Both the position numbers and the translations under genes were made by a program. A stretch of DNA of 64,000 nt, taken from a bacterium (GTDB lineage Bacteria > Acidobacteriota > Blastocatellia > Pyrinomonadales > Pyrinomonadaceae). Each line of letters starts with the position of its first letter. Positions within the stretch are counted from its first letter, which is position 1. Of this stretch, positions 9,330 to 20,322 are shown in pieces. Under the pieces are notes generated by a model. It was not told the DNA's origin. It searched no databases and saw only the letters and a program-made list of their open reading frames with translations. The stretch spans positions 14,793 to 78,792 of the forward strand of contig JBDTYQ010000001.1 in the NCBI GenBank assembly GCA_040005515.1, read 5' to 3'.

Positions 9330-10547
9330 ATGACGATTGACGAACAGATCCAGTATCTCCGCAAAGGTACTTCAGAGATCATTCCCGAAAGTGATCTGCG
9401 TACGAAGCTCGAGAAATCAGCTCGGACCGGAAAGCCATTGCGGGTGAAACTCGGAGCTGATCCCACGGCGCCCGACATTCATCTGGGCCACACTGTCGTG
9501 ATCCGCAAGCTTCGCGCCTTTCAGGAGCTCGGGCACACGGTGATCTTTCTGATCGGAGACTTCACCGGACTGATCGGCGATCCCTCAGGCAAGTCCGCCA
9601 CGCGCCCGCAACTAACCCGCGAAGAAATCAACGCGAACGCAGAAACGTATCAGCACCAGATTTATAAGTTGCTCGATCCGTTAAAGACGGAAATACGCTT
9701 CAACTCTGAATGGATGGATAAGCTGGGTTCGGACGGATTGATTCGTCTCGCTTCACATATCACGGTCAAGCAAATCCTTGAGCGCGATGACTTCGCCAAA
9801 CGTCTGTCCGAAGAGCGGCCCGTCGCGCTGCACGAACTCCTTTACCCGCTCACTCAGGCGTATGACTCCGTCGCGCTCGAGGCGGATGTGGAACTCGGTG
9901 GCACCGATCAAAAGTTCAACCTGTTGCTGGGTCGCAATCTGCAAAGGGAGTATGAACAGGAGGCGCAGGTCTGCGTGATCATGCCGCTCCTTGAAGGAAC
10001 TGACGGTGTGCAGAAGATGTCGAAGAGTCTGGGGAACTATATCGGCATTAACGAATCGCCGCAGGAGATGTTCGGCAAGGTAATGTCGATCTCGGATGAT
10101 TTGATGTGGCGTTACTACGAATTGTTGACCGATGCGAGACCGGCAGAAATCGAAGCGATGCGGGCTGCGGGTAAGTCAGGCGAGAAGAATCCGCGTGACA
10201 TGAAGGTGGAACTCGCGAGGCGAATTATTAGTGACTTCCATTCCGCCGAAGCTGCTACCACCGCTGAAGAGGCGTTCAATCGAGTTTTCAGACGCAAGGA
10301 AGCACCTGAAGAAGTTGAAGAACGTACAGTTCGGTCTGATTCCTGGGAACTGAAGGACCTGCTTGTTGAACTTGGACTGGCTTCATCTAAAGCGGAGGCC
10401 CGCCGGCTGATCGAACAAGGCGGCGTCTACGTGGACGGCGCGCGCTCCGATCCCAAAATAAATAACGTCTATCCCGTTGGGCCTGACACGCCCGGATACC
10501 ACATTAAAGTTGGCAAGCGGCGATTCGTCCGAGTATCCGGAAAATAA
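9330..10547 (+). CDS. tyrS: Tyrosine--tRNA ligase
   Basis: Class I signature HLGH (DIHLGHTV) and KMSKS. C-terminal S4-like RNA-binding region ([18 protein letters not shown]). Length about 405 aa. Confidence 0.95.
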   Translation: MTIDEQIQYLRKGTSEIIPESDLRTKLEKSARTGKPLRVKLGADPTAPDIHLGHTVVIRKLRAFQELGHTVIFLIGDFTGLIGDPSGKSATRPQLTREEINANAETYQHQIYKLLDPLKTEIRFNSEWMDKLGSDGLIRLASHITVKQILERDDFAKRLSEERPVALHELLYPLTQAYDSVALEADVELGGTDQKFNLLLGRNLQREYEQEAQVCVIMPLLEGTDGVQKMSKSLGNYIGINESPQEMFGKVMSISDDLMWRYYELLTDARPAEIEAMRAAGKSGEKNPRDMKVELARRIISDFHSAEAATTAEEAFNRVFRRKEAPEEVEERTVRSDSWELKDLLVELGLASSKAEARRLIEQGGVYVDGARSDPKINNVYPVGPDTPGYHIKVGKRRFVRVSGK

Positions 10548-10769
10548 GAACTTGATAATCACCCTTCGCCATAAGGATCACGCAGGAGCGACATGTTTAT
10601 AGTCTGAGCATTATCGTACCTAACGACGGTTAGCTAAGGAGACATCATGTCAGGCGAAAACAAAAAAACTTCTCCGTCGCTGGTTTGAGGAGGTTCGACT
10701 TCATTGGCATGTTTCAACAACTTGGCGGCCTCCATATGTAGCCTGCTGTAGTTGTTGAGGACCTTTCTG

Positions 10770-11591
10770 ATGTCAGCTGTCGCACTTAACGAAGACATTC
10801 TCGTCATTGAGACGCCCGAGCGCGTTCCGTTGCACTTCGCCCTCGCCTCGATCGGCAATCGCTTCCTCGCTTGTGCGATTGATCATGCGCTCCAGGGGCT
10901 TACGATCGCGCTGATGAGCCTCGCCTTTCTTACTCTTGCAAACTTCGCAAGCGTCAGCACTGCAGTCTCCAGCGCGCCGAAGTGGTTGGTTGCAATTCTC
11001 ATTGTGATCCTGTTTCTAATCGTCTCGGGCTACTTCGCTTTCTTTGAGTGGATCTGGAGTGGGCAAACGCCTGGTAAGCGCTGGCTAAAGCTTCGAGTGA
11101 TTCGCGAAGATGGCCGACCGGTAACCTTCTGGGAAGCGACAGTGCGCAATCTTCTCCGCAGCGTCGATATGATGCCGGCGCCTTTCTATTCGATTGGCTT
11201 GATTTCGGTGTTTAGCAGCGGGAGGGATCAGCGTGTCGGTGATTTGATTGCGGGGACCGTGGTCGTTCGCGAGCGCGCCGCGGAGGCGCCACATTTCGCG
11301 GAAGTGTTTGCGGTTCCGGTTAGCGACGCGGCGTTGCGGCGCGCATTCCAGCCGGTGGACTTCACGGCGAGTCTCAACAGTTTGACGGCGTCGGAGATTG
11401 AAGTTGTCGAGACGTTTTTGCGTCGCCGCTGGGATCTTGATCAAGCGCCGCGACAGTGGATGGCCTGGCGCGTCTCAATTCCTCTCATGTACAAGATCCG
11501 CCCTGTCTACGACCTGCCGACGTTTACTTACGAAGGCTTTCTCGAAGAGCTGTTGCATCGCTATCGGGCGCAGCATCGCTTTCGCGACTAG
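10770..11591 (+). CDS. RDD family membrane protein
   Basis: N-terminal region with TM helices and the R..D..D pattern (FLACAIDHAL ... GQTPGKRWLKLRVIREDG ... QRVGDLIAGTVVV). The ATG at 10770 is preferred over the track's TTG at 10752. Confidence 0.7.
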   Translation: MSAVALNEDILVIETPERVPLHFALASIGNRFLACAIDHALQGLTIALMSLAFLTLANFASVSTAVSSAPKWLVAILIVILFLIVSGYFAFFEWIWSGQTPGKRWLKLRVIREDGRPVTFWEATVRNLLRSVDMMPAPFYSIGLISVFSSGRDQRVGDLIAGTVVVRERAAEAPHFAEVFAVPVSDAALRRAFQPVDFTASLNSLTASEIEVVETFLRRRWDLDQAPRQWMAWRVSIPLMYKIRPVYDLPTFTYEGFLEELLHRYRAQHRFRD

Positions 11592-11617
11592 GTGTTGCTG
11601 TGAACGGCCAGTGAGAA

Positions 11618-12346
11618 TCACGGAGTCGGATTCGCGAGATAATCTCCGAGGAGCTTTTGCGCTCTTGTTCCGGGACTGATCAGAGCGACTTTCTGTGACC
11701 AATCATAGCCACTGAATATTCCCACCACTTCCGACTTCTGGTTATAGACAGGGCTGCCGGAAAAGCCGTCTCGGCTTTCAATCTTCACTGACAGGTATTG
11801 CAAGCCGCGGAAAGCGTAGGATCCGTTCAGCACGCCATGACTAACGATCCGATCGCCGTGAGGACGCGCGATCAGATAAAGCTTCTCGTTGTCAGTAGGG
11901 GCCAATTGGAAAGCCGGAACTCTAGTTTGTTTGCGTGCGCCACCAATTGAGAGGAGGGCAAGGTCAGCATCTTTGTCTACCCTGATGATGGTTGCCTCGT
12001 GCACGCCTACCCAAACCCTAACGTCGAGCTGATCGTGTCGTGCAAACCCGAGGATCACTTTCTTCGAATCGCTGAGTTCACCAGAGACCACGTGGTAGGA
12101 AGTCATCACCAGTCCGTCACCGACAACAAAGCCGGTAGCAAAACCATTCGGACCTGAGTCAAGCAGAAACGAAATTGCGCGTTCCAGTGCTTTCTGGTTC
12201 TTGCGTGTGAACTCAAGTTTGAGGGACACGGTGTAGCGTTCTTGTTCCTTGACGTCGGCAACCGCGCTTTCCTTGCCAAGCGATCTCGGTGTCAACGCTG
12301 AAAGCAGAACAGCAACCAACAGGACACTCCCCATTTTACGTTTCAT
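11618..12346 (-). CDS. Secreted trypsin-like (S1/S1C-type) serine protease
   Basis: Strong SD (AAGGAGG) and a signal peptide. Catalytic triad contexts TSYHVV (His), DADLALL (Asp), DGFSGSPV (Ser). Confidence 0.75.
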   Translation of the reverse strand: MKRKMGSVLLVAVLLSALTPRSLGKESAVADVKEQERYTVSLKLEFTRKNQKALERAISFLLDSGPNGFATGFVVGDGLVMTSYHVVSGELSDSKKVILGFARHDQLDVRVWVGVHEATIIRVDKDADLALLSIGGARKQTRVPAFQLAPTDNEKLYLIARPHGDRIVSHGVLNGSYAFRGLQYLSVKIESRDGFSGSPVYNQKSEVVGIFSGYDWSQKVALISPGTRAQKLLGDYLANPTP

Positions 12347-12710
12347 CTTGGCCCCTCCTTAAAAGGACGACAGTGGACCAGCTGAGGCTAGTCCTGTTCA
12401 ACGCCTTCCGAAAGTCTCAAAGAGATCAATCTGACTATGAGTGCGTTATGTGAAGCTCCGACAGAAATCCCTGCTCGAAGTGTGATCCGGAGTCCTGGAA
12501 TCTTTGAGGTTGGTGGTCGAAATTCCACCGGCGACTTGCATTTCAAAAAATTGGCTCTCTTTCTATCACAAAGGAGGTGACTCCGAAAGAGTTTCAGGGA
12601 GGCGACGGCCTCTCAGGAACCGCCGCGGCAATGCTGGTCAATTGACCGGCCTCAATGCCTTTGTTAGCCTTCGATCTCCGAAACCAACAAGAGTGAGGCA
12701 AGTGAATCGA

Positions 12711-13892
12711 ATGTCTATTGATGTTTTTATTGTGGGCGGCAAGCGAACAGCGATGGGTCAGTACGTGGGCGCATTGAAGGATATTTCAGCAATTGATCTG
12801 GGAGCGACTGCCGCGAAAGGCGCGCTGGCAGCTACCGGAGTCGCCGCGGACGAAATTGATCACACGATCATCGGGAATGCTTTGCAAACCTCCGGCGATG
12901 CGATTTACGGTGCGCGTCATGTCGCTTTGAAAGCGGGAGTGCCGTTTGACCGGCCTGCGTTAACAGTGAATCGGCTGTGTGGCAGCGGCATTCAGTCGAT
13001 CGTTTCAGGCGCGCAAATGATTCAGCTCGAGGAAGCGCACACGGCGCTAGTCGGAGGAATTGAATCGATGTCGCAAGCGCCTCATGTAATCAGGGGCGCG
13101 CGGTCAGGTTTTCCACTGGGCAGTGGCAAGATGGAGGACAGCTTGATGGTGGCGTTGCTCGACACTTACTGCAATACGCCGATGGCGGGCACAGCCGAGA
13201 ACCTGGCGCGGAAGTTCGAGATCACGAGAGACGAGCAGGATCAATACGCTTTGCGCTCTCAGCAGGAAGCGAAGCGTGCCAGAGACGCCGGCTACTTTGC
13301 CGAGGAGATCGTTCCCGTCGAGGTAAAATCGCGGAAGGGAACTTCGATGTTTGAGCAGGACGATCATCTGCGTCCCGAAACTACGATGGAAGGTTTGACC
13401 AAGCTGAAGCCCGCATTTGCCAAAGACGGGTTTGTCACAGCAGGAAATGCTTCCGGCATTGTCGATGGCGCTGCTGCTCTCATAATTGCTGACGAGGACT
13501 ATGTGCAGAAACGCGGCTTGAAACCGATGGGGCGAATTGTGAGTTGGGCCTATGCTGGAGTGGAACCTGAGATCATGGGGATCGGGCCGGTGCCGGCTAC
13601 ACGCAAAGCTCTCGAGAAAGCCGGACTAAAACTTTCCGACATTGATCTGATCGAAGTAAACGAAGCTTTTGCTGCGCAGTATCTCTCCGTTGAAAAGGAA
13701 CTCGATCTCGATCGTTCAAAGACGAATGTTAATGGAGGCGCGATTGCTCTTGGACATCCACTCGGAGCTACAGGCACTCGCCTCGTCTTAACTCTGCTCC
13801 ACGAATTGCACAGGCGATCAGGACGATATGGATTAGCGACTGCATGCATCGGGGGTGGCCAGGGCATCGCGATGATTGTGGAAAGAGTGTGA
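12711..13892 (+). CDS. Acetyl-CoA C-acetyltransferase (thiolase II)
   Basis: VNRLCGSG (nucleophilic Cys), NEAFAAQ, GGAIALGHPLGATG and ACIGGGQGIA thiolase signatures. The conserved thiolase N-terminus (MSIDVFIVGGKRTAMG) begins at the ATG at 12711, so the track's 12504 start is an unsupported extension. Confidence 0.93.
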   Translation: MSIDVFIVGGKRTAMGQYVGALKDISAIDLGATAAKGALAATGVAADEIDHTIIGNALQTSGDAIYGARHVALKAGVPFDRPALTVNRLCGSGIQSIVSGAQMIQLEEAHTALVGGIESMSQAPHVIRGARSGFPLGSGKMEDSLMVALLDTYCNTPMAGTAENLARKFEITRDEQDQYALRSQQEAKRARDAGYFAEEIVPVEVKSRKGTSMFEQDDHLRPETTMEGLTKLKPAFAKDGFVTAGNASGIVDGAAALIIADEDYVQKRGLKPMGRIVSWAYAGVEPEIMGIGPVPATRKALEKAGLKLSDIDLIEVNEAFAAQYLSVEKELDLDRSKTNVNGGAIALGHPLGATGTRLVLTLLHELHRRSGRYGLATACIGGGQGIAMIVERV

Positions 13893-14345
13893 GTAGCGTT
13901 GTCATTGCTCGATCTGAAGCGCAGCGTCGATTACAAAGGGACTGATTCTGATTTCCTGAATTTCCAATTAAAATCCAAATTCTTGAGCTAATCCACAGGG
14001 GCCTTATGCGTTCGGGTTCGCTTTATTCTTGAAAAGTCCAGCCATATCAGCTTCCGAACTACGTAGAGTCAATTCGGCACAAGTCTTGCGAAAGCGAGAG
14101 TGATGCAGTACGCCTCTCTCCGCCATCCACTCGCGACCCGAAGCAATAAACATCGAGCGATCTTTCTTCATGATACACTTGCGCAGCGCCTCTTCGGCAT
14201 GGTAGAAGACGCTGCAACGTTTTTAGTCGCCATTCTTCTTAATTTGCTTAGTCCACATTCTCGAATTCAGCTTTTCTTCAGCGCCCTTCACGGTCGCGCG
14301 AAGTCCAGCCTCAACCGTTAACTTAATGCCTAAGGAGTTCCCCTT

Positions 14346-17300
14346 ATGTCGAAAATTGTGAAGCTCTCTTGTGTACTTCTGATCACACTCGCGATGAGTG
14401 CGATTGCTTTTGGCCAGTCTACTGTCACTGGCGCCATCGGCGGTGTGGTGACAAATCCTAATAAGGAAGTTGTGCCAGGCGCGGGTGTCGTCACAAAGAA
14501 CGTTGAAACAAACAAGGAAGATAGTGCTACTGCAGACGATCAGGGTCGCTTCCGAATTACGAACCTGGCGCCGGGCACCTACGCGGTGACCATCAACGGT
14601 GCCGGGTTCAGTGCGTTCACACAAAACAAAGTTGTGGTCGAGGTAGGACGCATTACCGAGCTCAACGCAGCTCTGTCGATTGGCCCTGTATCGGGAACGG
14701 TTGAGGTTACCAGTGAAGCACCGGTCATCAATACCACCCAGCAGGACTTCTCAACTAACATCAACCAGACTTCGATCAATGAACTCCCCATCAATGGTCG
14801 TCGCGCTTCTAATTTCGTTTTGCTGACTCCCGGCGTAGTGCCGGACGGCAACTTCGGTCTGATTAGCTTCCGCGGTATTTCCGGTCTGCTCAACAACAAC
14901 ACCGTAGACGGTGGCGACAATAACAATGCGTTCTACTCGGAAGAGCGGGGCCGCACACGTATCAGCTATGTTGTGAGCCAGGCTTCCGTTCGTGAGTTTC
15001 AGGTGAATACGTCGAATTACTCGGCTGAGTATGGACGTGCTGCCGGCGGCGTAATCAATACGGTGACGCAGAGCGGTACCAACGACTATCACGGGTCAGC
15101 GTTCTATTACCTCCGCGACAATAAGTTTGGCGCGACCAATCCAACCACATTCCGCACAGTTCTAGTCAATGGCGTTGGTGTCCGCGAAACCTTCAAGCCT
15201 GTCGACAAACGGCAACAGTTTGGTGGCTCAATCGGTGGACGCATCATCAGGGACAAACTTTTCTTCTTTTTCACATATGACGAGCAGAAAAGAAACTTCC
15301 CTGGCGCTTCTGTATTCCCAACGGCGACCTACCTCACCCTTAGTGCCGCCGATAGAACGACGCTCAAGTCGCGCAATCCTGCAGTCATCACGGACGCCCG
15401 GATCGATTCAGCTTTAGGCTTTCTGGCCGGCCTGACTGGCTCCGTGCCGCGTTCGCAGAATCAGCGCATCTTCTTCCCGAAGATCGATTGGATCGTCAAC
15501 AACAGCAACACGCTTACCGGGTCCTACAACCGCATGCGCTCGAAGTCTCCTTCCGGTGTTGAGACGCAGCCGACTACGTTCAAAGGAATTGCAACCTTCG
15601 GCGATGATTTCGTTCAAACGGACAGCTTGAATCTGCGGCTGACGTCCACCATTAAGCCAACTTTGCTGAACGAAGCTCGCTTCCAATATGGTCGCGACAA
15701 TCTGTTTGCTTTCAGTAATCCGCCCTCAGCCGGTGAGGCGATCCTGGCCACTGCAAATGGCCGCGTTCCGCAAATCGGCGTCAACGGGTTCACCTTTGGT
15801 AAACAGGACTTTCTCGAGAGGTTTGCTAATCCTGATGAGAAGCGCTGGCAGTATGCGGATACGATGACGTACTCGACCGGCATGCACACCTTCAAGTTTG
15901 GCGGCGACATCAACCGTGTCAATGACCTATTGAACAACCTGAGGTTGGAAAGCGGCAGTTACAATTACAGCAACCTCGGTGACTTCATTGTTGACTATAC
16001 CAACGTGACAACGAGCAATGCATTGAGCACCAGTCAGTGTTTTGGAATCGCAGGGACGAGGGCCGCGCTGAGAGGTGGTCGCTGCTACACCAGCAACTTC
16101 CAGCAGGCGTTTGGTCCCACCGCTTTCCAGATCAGCACGACCGACTACAATCTGTTTGTTCAGGATGATATTCGCGTGACGCCGCGTATGACCGTTAACC
16201 TCGGCCTGCGCTACGAATACGAGAAATTGCCTGCCCCGCAGATTCCGAACTCGTTGGCCAATCTCCCGGGTCAGTTCGTTGGCCCACAACAGTCAACGTC
16301 GCTGCCTTCGGACAAGAACAACTTTGGACCACGTTTTGGTTTCGCCTATGACGTAACGGGCGATGGCAAGACATCGATTCGCGCCGGTTACGGCATTTAC
16401 TACGGTCGCATTATCAACTCGACCATCATTAATGCCATCAGCAACACCGGGGTTGCCGCGGCTCAGCGTACGTTCACTTTTGCGGCCACCGCGACTGGCG
16501 CCCCGATTTTCCCGAATGTGTTTTCCAGCACGCCAAGCGCAAGTGTTGCGGCGCCCGCCATCGTGGTCTTTAGCGAGCACATGGCAAATCCACAGATTCA
16601 CCAGGCTGACATCGTGTTTGAACGTCAGATTCTTCCCAACACGGTCGTCTCAGCTTCGTTCCTCGTGAGCCTTGGTCGCAGACTGCCGCAGTTTACGGAT
16701 CGTAATCTGCCCCTACCCGTAACCCGGACGTTCCCGTTCATCAACGGCGGTCCTCTGAACGGCCAGAGCATCACAGTGCCGTTCTTCACAGGCGCCCGAC
16801 CTGATACCCGATTTGGCGCCATCACCGAGATCAGCAGTACGATCAAGACTGAATATGAAGCGCTGGTTCTTCAGGCCAATCGCCGCCTTTCGAAGGGATT
16901 GCAGTTCCAGATGAACTACACTCGTTCGCGCACAACTGATTCGGGTCAGAACTCAGCGACCTTCACGTTTACAAACGGTCCGCTGAATCCATTTGACCTG
17001 AGTTTTGAGCCGGGACGCTCGAATCTGGATATCCCCCATCGCTTCGTAGCCAGCGCAGTCTGGACGCCTGGAGTTCCCTTCGGGTTGAAGGACAACCAGG
17101 TGGGCCGCGCCATCCTGGGCGGATTCACTATTGCGCCTATCGTTACTGCCCAGTCTGGTGTCGTCTATTCGGCGAACATCAGCGGATTTGGTCCGAGCAG
17201 CATCGCCAGCGGGATCACGGGCTCCGGCGCCCTCGGTCGTATTCCATTCCTCTTCCCACGTAACTCCTTCCGTCAGCCGCGTATCGTCAACGTTGACCTG

Positions 17301-17534
17301 CGCCTGTCGCGTCGTTTCCACTTTACGGAAGCAACGAGCCTGGAGTTTTTGGCTGAGGCATTCAATCTCTTCAACCGCTATCAGGTCACGAGCGTGAATT
17401 CAACCCTCTACACATTCTCAGGTTCCAACCTGAGCTTCACCCCGAATGGTCCGAACTTCGGCGTTCCCAGCGGCACCGGTAACACGCTCTATCGCGAGCG
17501 CCAGATTCAGTTCGCTGCCCGCTTCGCGTTCTAA
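14346..17534 (+). CDS. TonB-dependent outer-membrane receptor with N-terminal carboxypeptidase-regulatory-like domain
   Basis: SD AAGGAG and a signal peptide ending AFGQ. CarboxypepD_reg-like segment (GRFRITNLAPGTYAVTI). Plug-like region (INELPINGRRASNFVLLTPGV). Long beta-rich barrel region with the terminal aromatic signature ...QFAARFAF. Confidence 0.85.
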   Translation: MSKIVKLSCVLLITLAMSAIAFGQSTVTGAIGGVVTNPNKEVVPGAGVVTKNVETNKEDSATADDQGRFRITNLAPGTYAVTINGAGFSAFTQNKVVVEVGRITELNAALSIGPVSGTVEVTSEAPVINTTQQDFSTNINQTSINELPINGRRASNFVLLTPGVVPDGNFGLISFRGISGLLNNNTVDGGDNNNAFYSEERGRTRISYVVSQASVREFQVNTSNYSAEYGRAAGGVINTVTQSGTNDYHGSAFYYLRDNKFGATNPTTFRTVLVNGVGVRETFKPVDKRQQFGGSIGGRIIRDKLFFFFTYDEQKRNFPGASVFPTATYLTLSAADRTTLKSRNPAVITDARIDSALGFLAGLTGSVPRSQNQRIFFPKIDWIVNNSNTLTGSYNRMRSKSPSGVETQPTTFKGIATFGDDFVQTDSLNLRLTSTIKPTLLNEARFQYGRDNLFAFSNPPSAGEAILATANGRVPQIGVNGFTFGKQDFLERFANPDEKRWQYADTMTYSTGMHTFKFGGDINRVNDLLNNLRLESGSYNYSNLGDFIVDYTNVTTSNALSTSQCFGIAGTRAALRGGRCYTSNFQQAFGPTAFQISTTDYNLFVQDDIRVTPRMTVNLGLRYEYEKLPAPQIPNSLANLPGQFVGPQQSTSLPSDKNNFGPRFGFAYDVTGDGKTSIRAGYGIYYGRIINSTIINAISNTGVAAAQRTFTFAATATGAPIFPNVFSSTPSASVAAPAIVVFSEHMANPQIHQADIVFERQILPNTVVSASFLVSLGRRLPQFTDRNLPLPVTRTFPFINGGPLNGQSITVPFFTGARPDTRFGAITEISSTIKTEYEALVLQANRRLSKGLQFQMNYTRSRTTDSGQNSATFTFTNGPLNPFDLSFEPGRSNLDIPHRFVASAVWTPGVPFGLKDNQVGRAILGGFTIAPIVTAQSGVVYSANISGFGPSSIASGITGSGALGRIPFLFPRNSFRQPRIVNVDLRLSRRFHFTEATSLEFLAEAFNLFNRYQVTSVNSTLYTFSGSNLSFTPNGPNFGVPSGTGNTLYRERQIQFAARFAF

Positions 17535-17554
17535 CCAAACTGAGAAGCAAGAAA

Positions 17555-17600
17555 TAACCGGGTGGGCTTTAGTTGACGCTAAAGCCCACCCGGTTCGCTT
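17555..17600. terminator. Bidirectional rho-independent terminator between the convergent TonB receptor gene and nadB
   Basis: Perfect 17-bp inverted repeat AACCGGGTGGGCTTTAG / CTAAAGCCCACCCGGTT (17555-17571 and 17578-17594) with a 6-nt loop. It is followed by CGCTTTT on the plus strand and by a T-rich run on the minus strand. Confidence 0.8.
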
Positions 17601-17624
17601 TTGACAACCCAAAGCTTCTACTAC

Positions 17625-19262
17625 TTAGATCAATCGATCACCCTCCTGCCCAACGGAATCCTGGCGGTAGTGACAACCCCGACTCTGACGATTGTGAAGG
17701 GCAGCCTGTGCCACTATCAGCGCGACCTCAACCGCGTTGCGTAAACCAATCAAGCCATCATCCAGCTTCGTTGTGCGATAGAAGGTTTCAATCTCATTCC
17801 ACAGGTGTCGCAGCTCCCGGATAGCCCGCGAAAGACGCTCACCGCTTCGCACAAGTCCCACGTAGTGCCACATAATGTTCTGAATATTCTGCATGTCGCC
17901 TTGAATCAAGGCCGGATCGGCATCCGCGACCAGTCCGCTTTCGTCCCACGGAGGCACGTTGTCAAACTCCGTATGCTCAACGTCACCATTACCAAGTGTC
18001 TCCTCGACCCGTTGCGCCGTGCGATTTCCCCAAACGAGTCCTTCGAGGAGCGACGTAGAGGCGAGACGATTAGCGCCATGCACTCCCGTGCAACTAATCT
18101 CTCCGACGGCATAGAGACTTCCAATACTTGATTGTCCCCACTCATCGACAAGGACTCCGCCGCAGAAGTAGTGCGCCGCCGGCACGACTGGGATGGGCTC
18201 GTTCGAAATATCTACACCTGCCTTAAGACACTGTTCATAGATATTAGGGAAGCGTTCGCGGATCGCAGCTGCAGGCATGCGTGAGGCAATATCGAGCAGC
18301 ACGTACGAGTAGCCATGCCGTTCCATTTCGTGATGGATGGCGCGTGCGGTTACATCGCGCGGCGCCAGATCTTTCCATTCGGGCGAGTACTTTTCCATGA
18401 ACGGCCGGCCGTCCGAGGTAAGTAATATGCCGCCCTCACCACGCACAGCTTCACTAATCAAAAATCCTTCGGCTCCGGGCACGGCAAGTGCCGTTGGATG
18501 AAATTGCACATATTCAGCGTTGGCGATTCTCGCGCCCGCGCGGTTTGCCATCGCCAGTCCGTCACCACGCGCGCCTACCGGATTCGTGGTGTTGCGATAA
18601 ATGCGACCAAGGCCACCCGTCGCTAACACGGTTACCGCAGCGAGGCAGCGATGAACCGTACGCTCTTCGCGGTCGAACATGTAGGCACCGTGACATGTGA
18701 TCGCCCTGTAGTTGTCCAGGGGATCGCGGGAGTGATGCGGAAAGGTTATTAGATCAACTGCGGTCATGTCCGACTCGATCGTCACATTAGGACAAGCCCG
18801 CAGCGCTGCGATCAAGCCGTTCATTATGGCTTTGCCGGTTGCGTCACCTACGTGAAGGATCCGGCGTCGCGAATGAGCGGCTTCCTGAGTGAAAAGTGGT
18901 CGCCCCTCCGCGTCCTGATCGAAAGTGATCCGGGCCGTTGTTTCGAGAACTTCATGCAGCAGCGGCGGTCCTTCTGTTGCTAGTATTCGCGCCGCTTCCG
19001 GAGAGCTGACGCCTGCGCCTGCTTCGAGAATGTCAGCTTCCAGTAGTTCAGCAGTATCATCCGCTCCGCGGCCGATGATGCCTCCCTGTGCGTATCTCGT
19101 ATTTGATTCGTGAGGATCTGAGGCGCGCGTAACTACGGTGATTTGACGGCCGGGATTACGGGCCAAGCGGAGGGCAGCAGTTGCCCCGGCGATGCCGGAT
19201 CCGATGATCAGTACGTCAGTTCTATTCAACAGGCTTCTCTCGTACTCTTCATCCGATGGCAA
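17625..19262 (-). CDS. nadB: L-aspartate oxidase
   Basis: FAD-binding N-terminus VLIIGSGIAGATAA, succinate dehydrogenase/fumarate reductase-type flavoprotein motifs (RYAQGGI, HPTAL), about 545 aa. Overlaps the nadA end by 14 nt. Confidence 0.93.
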   Translation of the reverse strand: MPSDEEYERSLLNRTDVLIIGSGIAGATAALRLARNPGRQITVVTRASDPHESNTRYAQGGIIGRGADDTAELLEADILEAGAGVSSPEAARILATEGPPLLHEVLETTARITFDQDAEGRPLFTQEAAHSRRRILHVGDATGKAIMNGLIAALRACPNVTIESDMTAVDLITFPHHSRDPLDNYRAITCHGAYMFDREERTVHRCLAAVTVLATGGLGRIYRNTTNPVGARGDGLAMANRAGARIANAEYVQFHPTALAVPGAEGFLISEAVRGEGGILLTSDGRPFMEKYSPEWKDLAPRDVTARAIHHEMERHGYSYVLLDIASRMPAAAIRERFPNIYEQCLKAGVDISNEPIPVVPAAHYFCGGVLVDEWGQSSIGSLYAVGEISCTGVHGANRLASTSLLEGLVWGNRTAQRVEETLGNGDVEHTEFDNVPPWDESGLVADADPALIQGDMQNIQNIMWHYVGLVRSGERLSRAIRELRHLWNEIETFYRTTKLDDGLIGLRNAVEVALIVAQAALHNRQSRGCHYRQDSVGQEGDRLI

Positions 19263-20295
19263 TCATTCGTTCGACTGCACGAGCCGCGCGTTTCAAAATG
19301 TCTTCAGGGATGTTGATGACGTATTGGATTCTCTTCAAGGATTCGAGTGTGTCTTCAAGTGTGATCTGGTTCATGTGCGGGCAACGCACACTGCAGAGAC
19401 GAAGCATATCTTTATCGGGATTTGCCGCGGCGATGTTGTCCCCCATCGAGCATTCGGTGAGCAGCAGATAATGAGGCGCTCCCGTCTTCTCGACAAAGTT
19501 GATCATGGCCCCTGTGCTGCCGGAAAAGTCTGAAGCCGCAACGACCTCCGGACTGCATTCCGGATGGGCCAGAATCGCGACATCCGGAAACTGCTTCCGC
19601 ACATTGACGATGTCTTCGACGCTGAACTTATCGTGTACCTCGCATCGTCCGAGCCAACCAATCATTTGGTAGTTTAGATCGTCTGCAATAGCCTTCCGTG
19701 GATCCGTCGTCGGGAAAATAATCTCCTTACCCGTTTCCTTGGCAACATTCTTCGCCAGGTACTCGTCTGGCAGAAAAATCACTTTATCGACTCCGAGTGA
19801 CTCCACCACCGCGCGAGCGTTCCCCGAAGTACAGCAGATATCCGATTCCGCCTTTACGTCGGCGTAGGTATTTACGTAAGTGACAACCGGTACTCCTGGA
19901 AATCTCTTCTTCAACTCGCGCACGTCCGCACCCGTGATACTCGCGGCAAGGGAGCAGCCGGCTTTTTCCGAAGGAATCAAAACCGTCTTATCCGGATTCA
20001 GAAGCTTGGCCGTCTCCGCCATGAATTGCACGCCGCAAAAAACGATAATGTCTTTATCAGTTTGGGCCGCTCGACGCGAAAGCTCCAGTGAGTCTCCAAC
20101 AAAGTCAGGAACCGAGTTGAAGAGCGCCGGCTCCATATAGTTGTGTCCGAGAATGACGGCGTTCCGTTCACGCTTCAGAACGTTGATCTCGGCGGCAATC
20201 TCCGATTTGATCTTCAGTTCAAAATCCGGCACCACTCCTGCCAACTTCGCCTTCATGGCCTGATACATCTTCTCGGGGTCTGTTTCGTTAATCAT
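19249..20295 (-). CDS. nadA: Quinolinate synthase
   Basis: Typical NadA pattern (ILGHNYM, FCGVQFMAETAK, three conserved Cys contexts including CSMGD/CPHM). Located between nadC and nadB. Confidence 0.93.
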   Translation of the reverse strand: MINETDPEKMYQAMKAKLAGVVPDFELKIKSEIAAEINVLKRERNAVILGHNYMEPALFNSVPDFVGDSLELSRRAAQTDKDIIVFCGVQFMAETAKLLNPDKTVLIPSEKAGCSLAASITGADVRELKKRFPGVPVVTYVNTYADVKAESDICCTSGNARAVVESLGVDKVIFLPDEYLAKNVAKETGKEIIFPTTDPRKAIADDLNYQMIGWLGRCEVHDKFSVEDIVNVRKQFPDVAILAHPECSPEVVAASDFSGSTGAMINFVEKTGAPHYLLLTECSMGDNIAAANPDKDMLRLCSVRCPHMNQITLEDTLESLKRIQYVINIPEDILKRAARAVERMIAIG

Positions 20296-20322
20296 TTTGT
20301 GATCTGATCCACCTTGCCAATT

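Noticed and set aside
10647-10688. 13-codon micro-ORF (MSGENKKTSPSLV) with a strong SD (TAAGGAGA) upstream of the RDD gene.
   Set aside because: It is too short to support from sequence alone, and there is no obvious attenuator structure linking it to the downstream gene. Kept only as a note.
12504-12710. 69-aa N-terminal extension of the thiolase ORF.
   Set aside because: The conserved thiolase N-terminus starts at the ATG at 12711. The extension is basic, low-complexity sequence with no family counterpart.
14004-14171. 55-aa minus-strand ORF in the 453-nt spacer upstream of the TonB receptor gene.
   Set aside because: It has no SD and no recognisable motif, and it is below the reliability threshold. 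The spacer is more likely promoter or regulatory DNA for the receptor gene.
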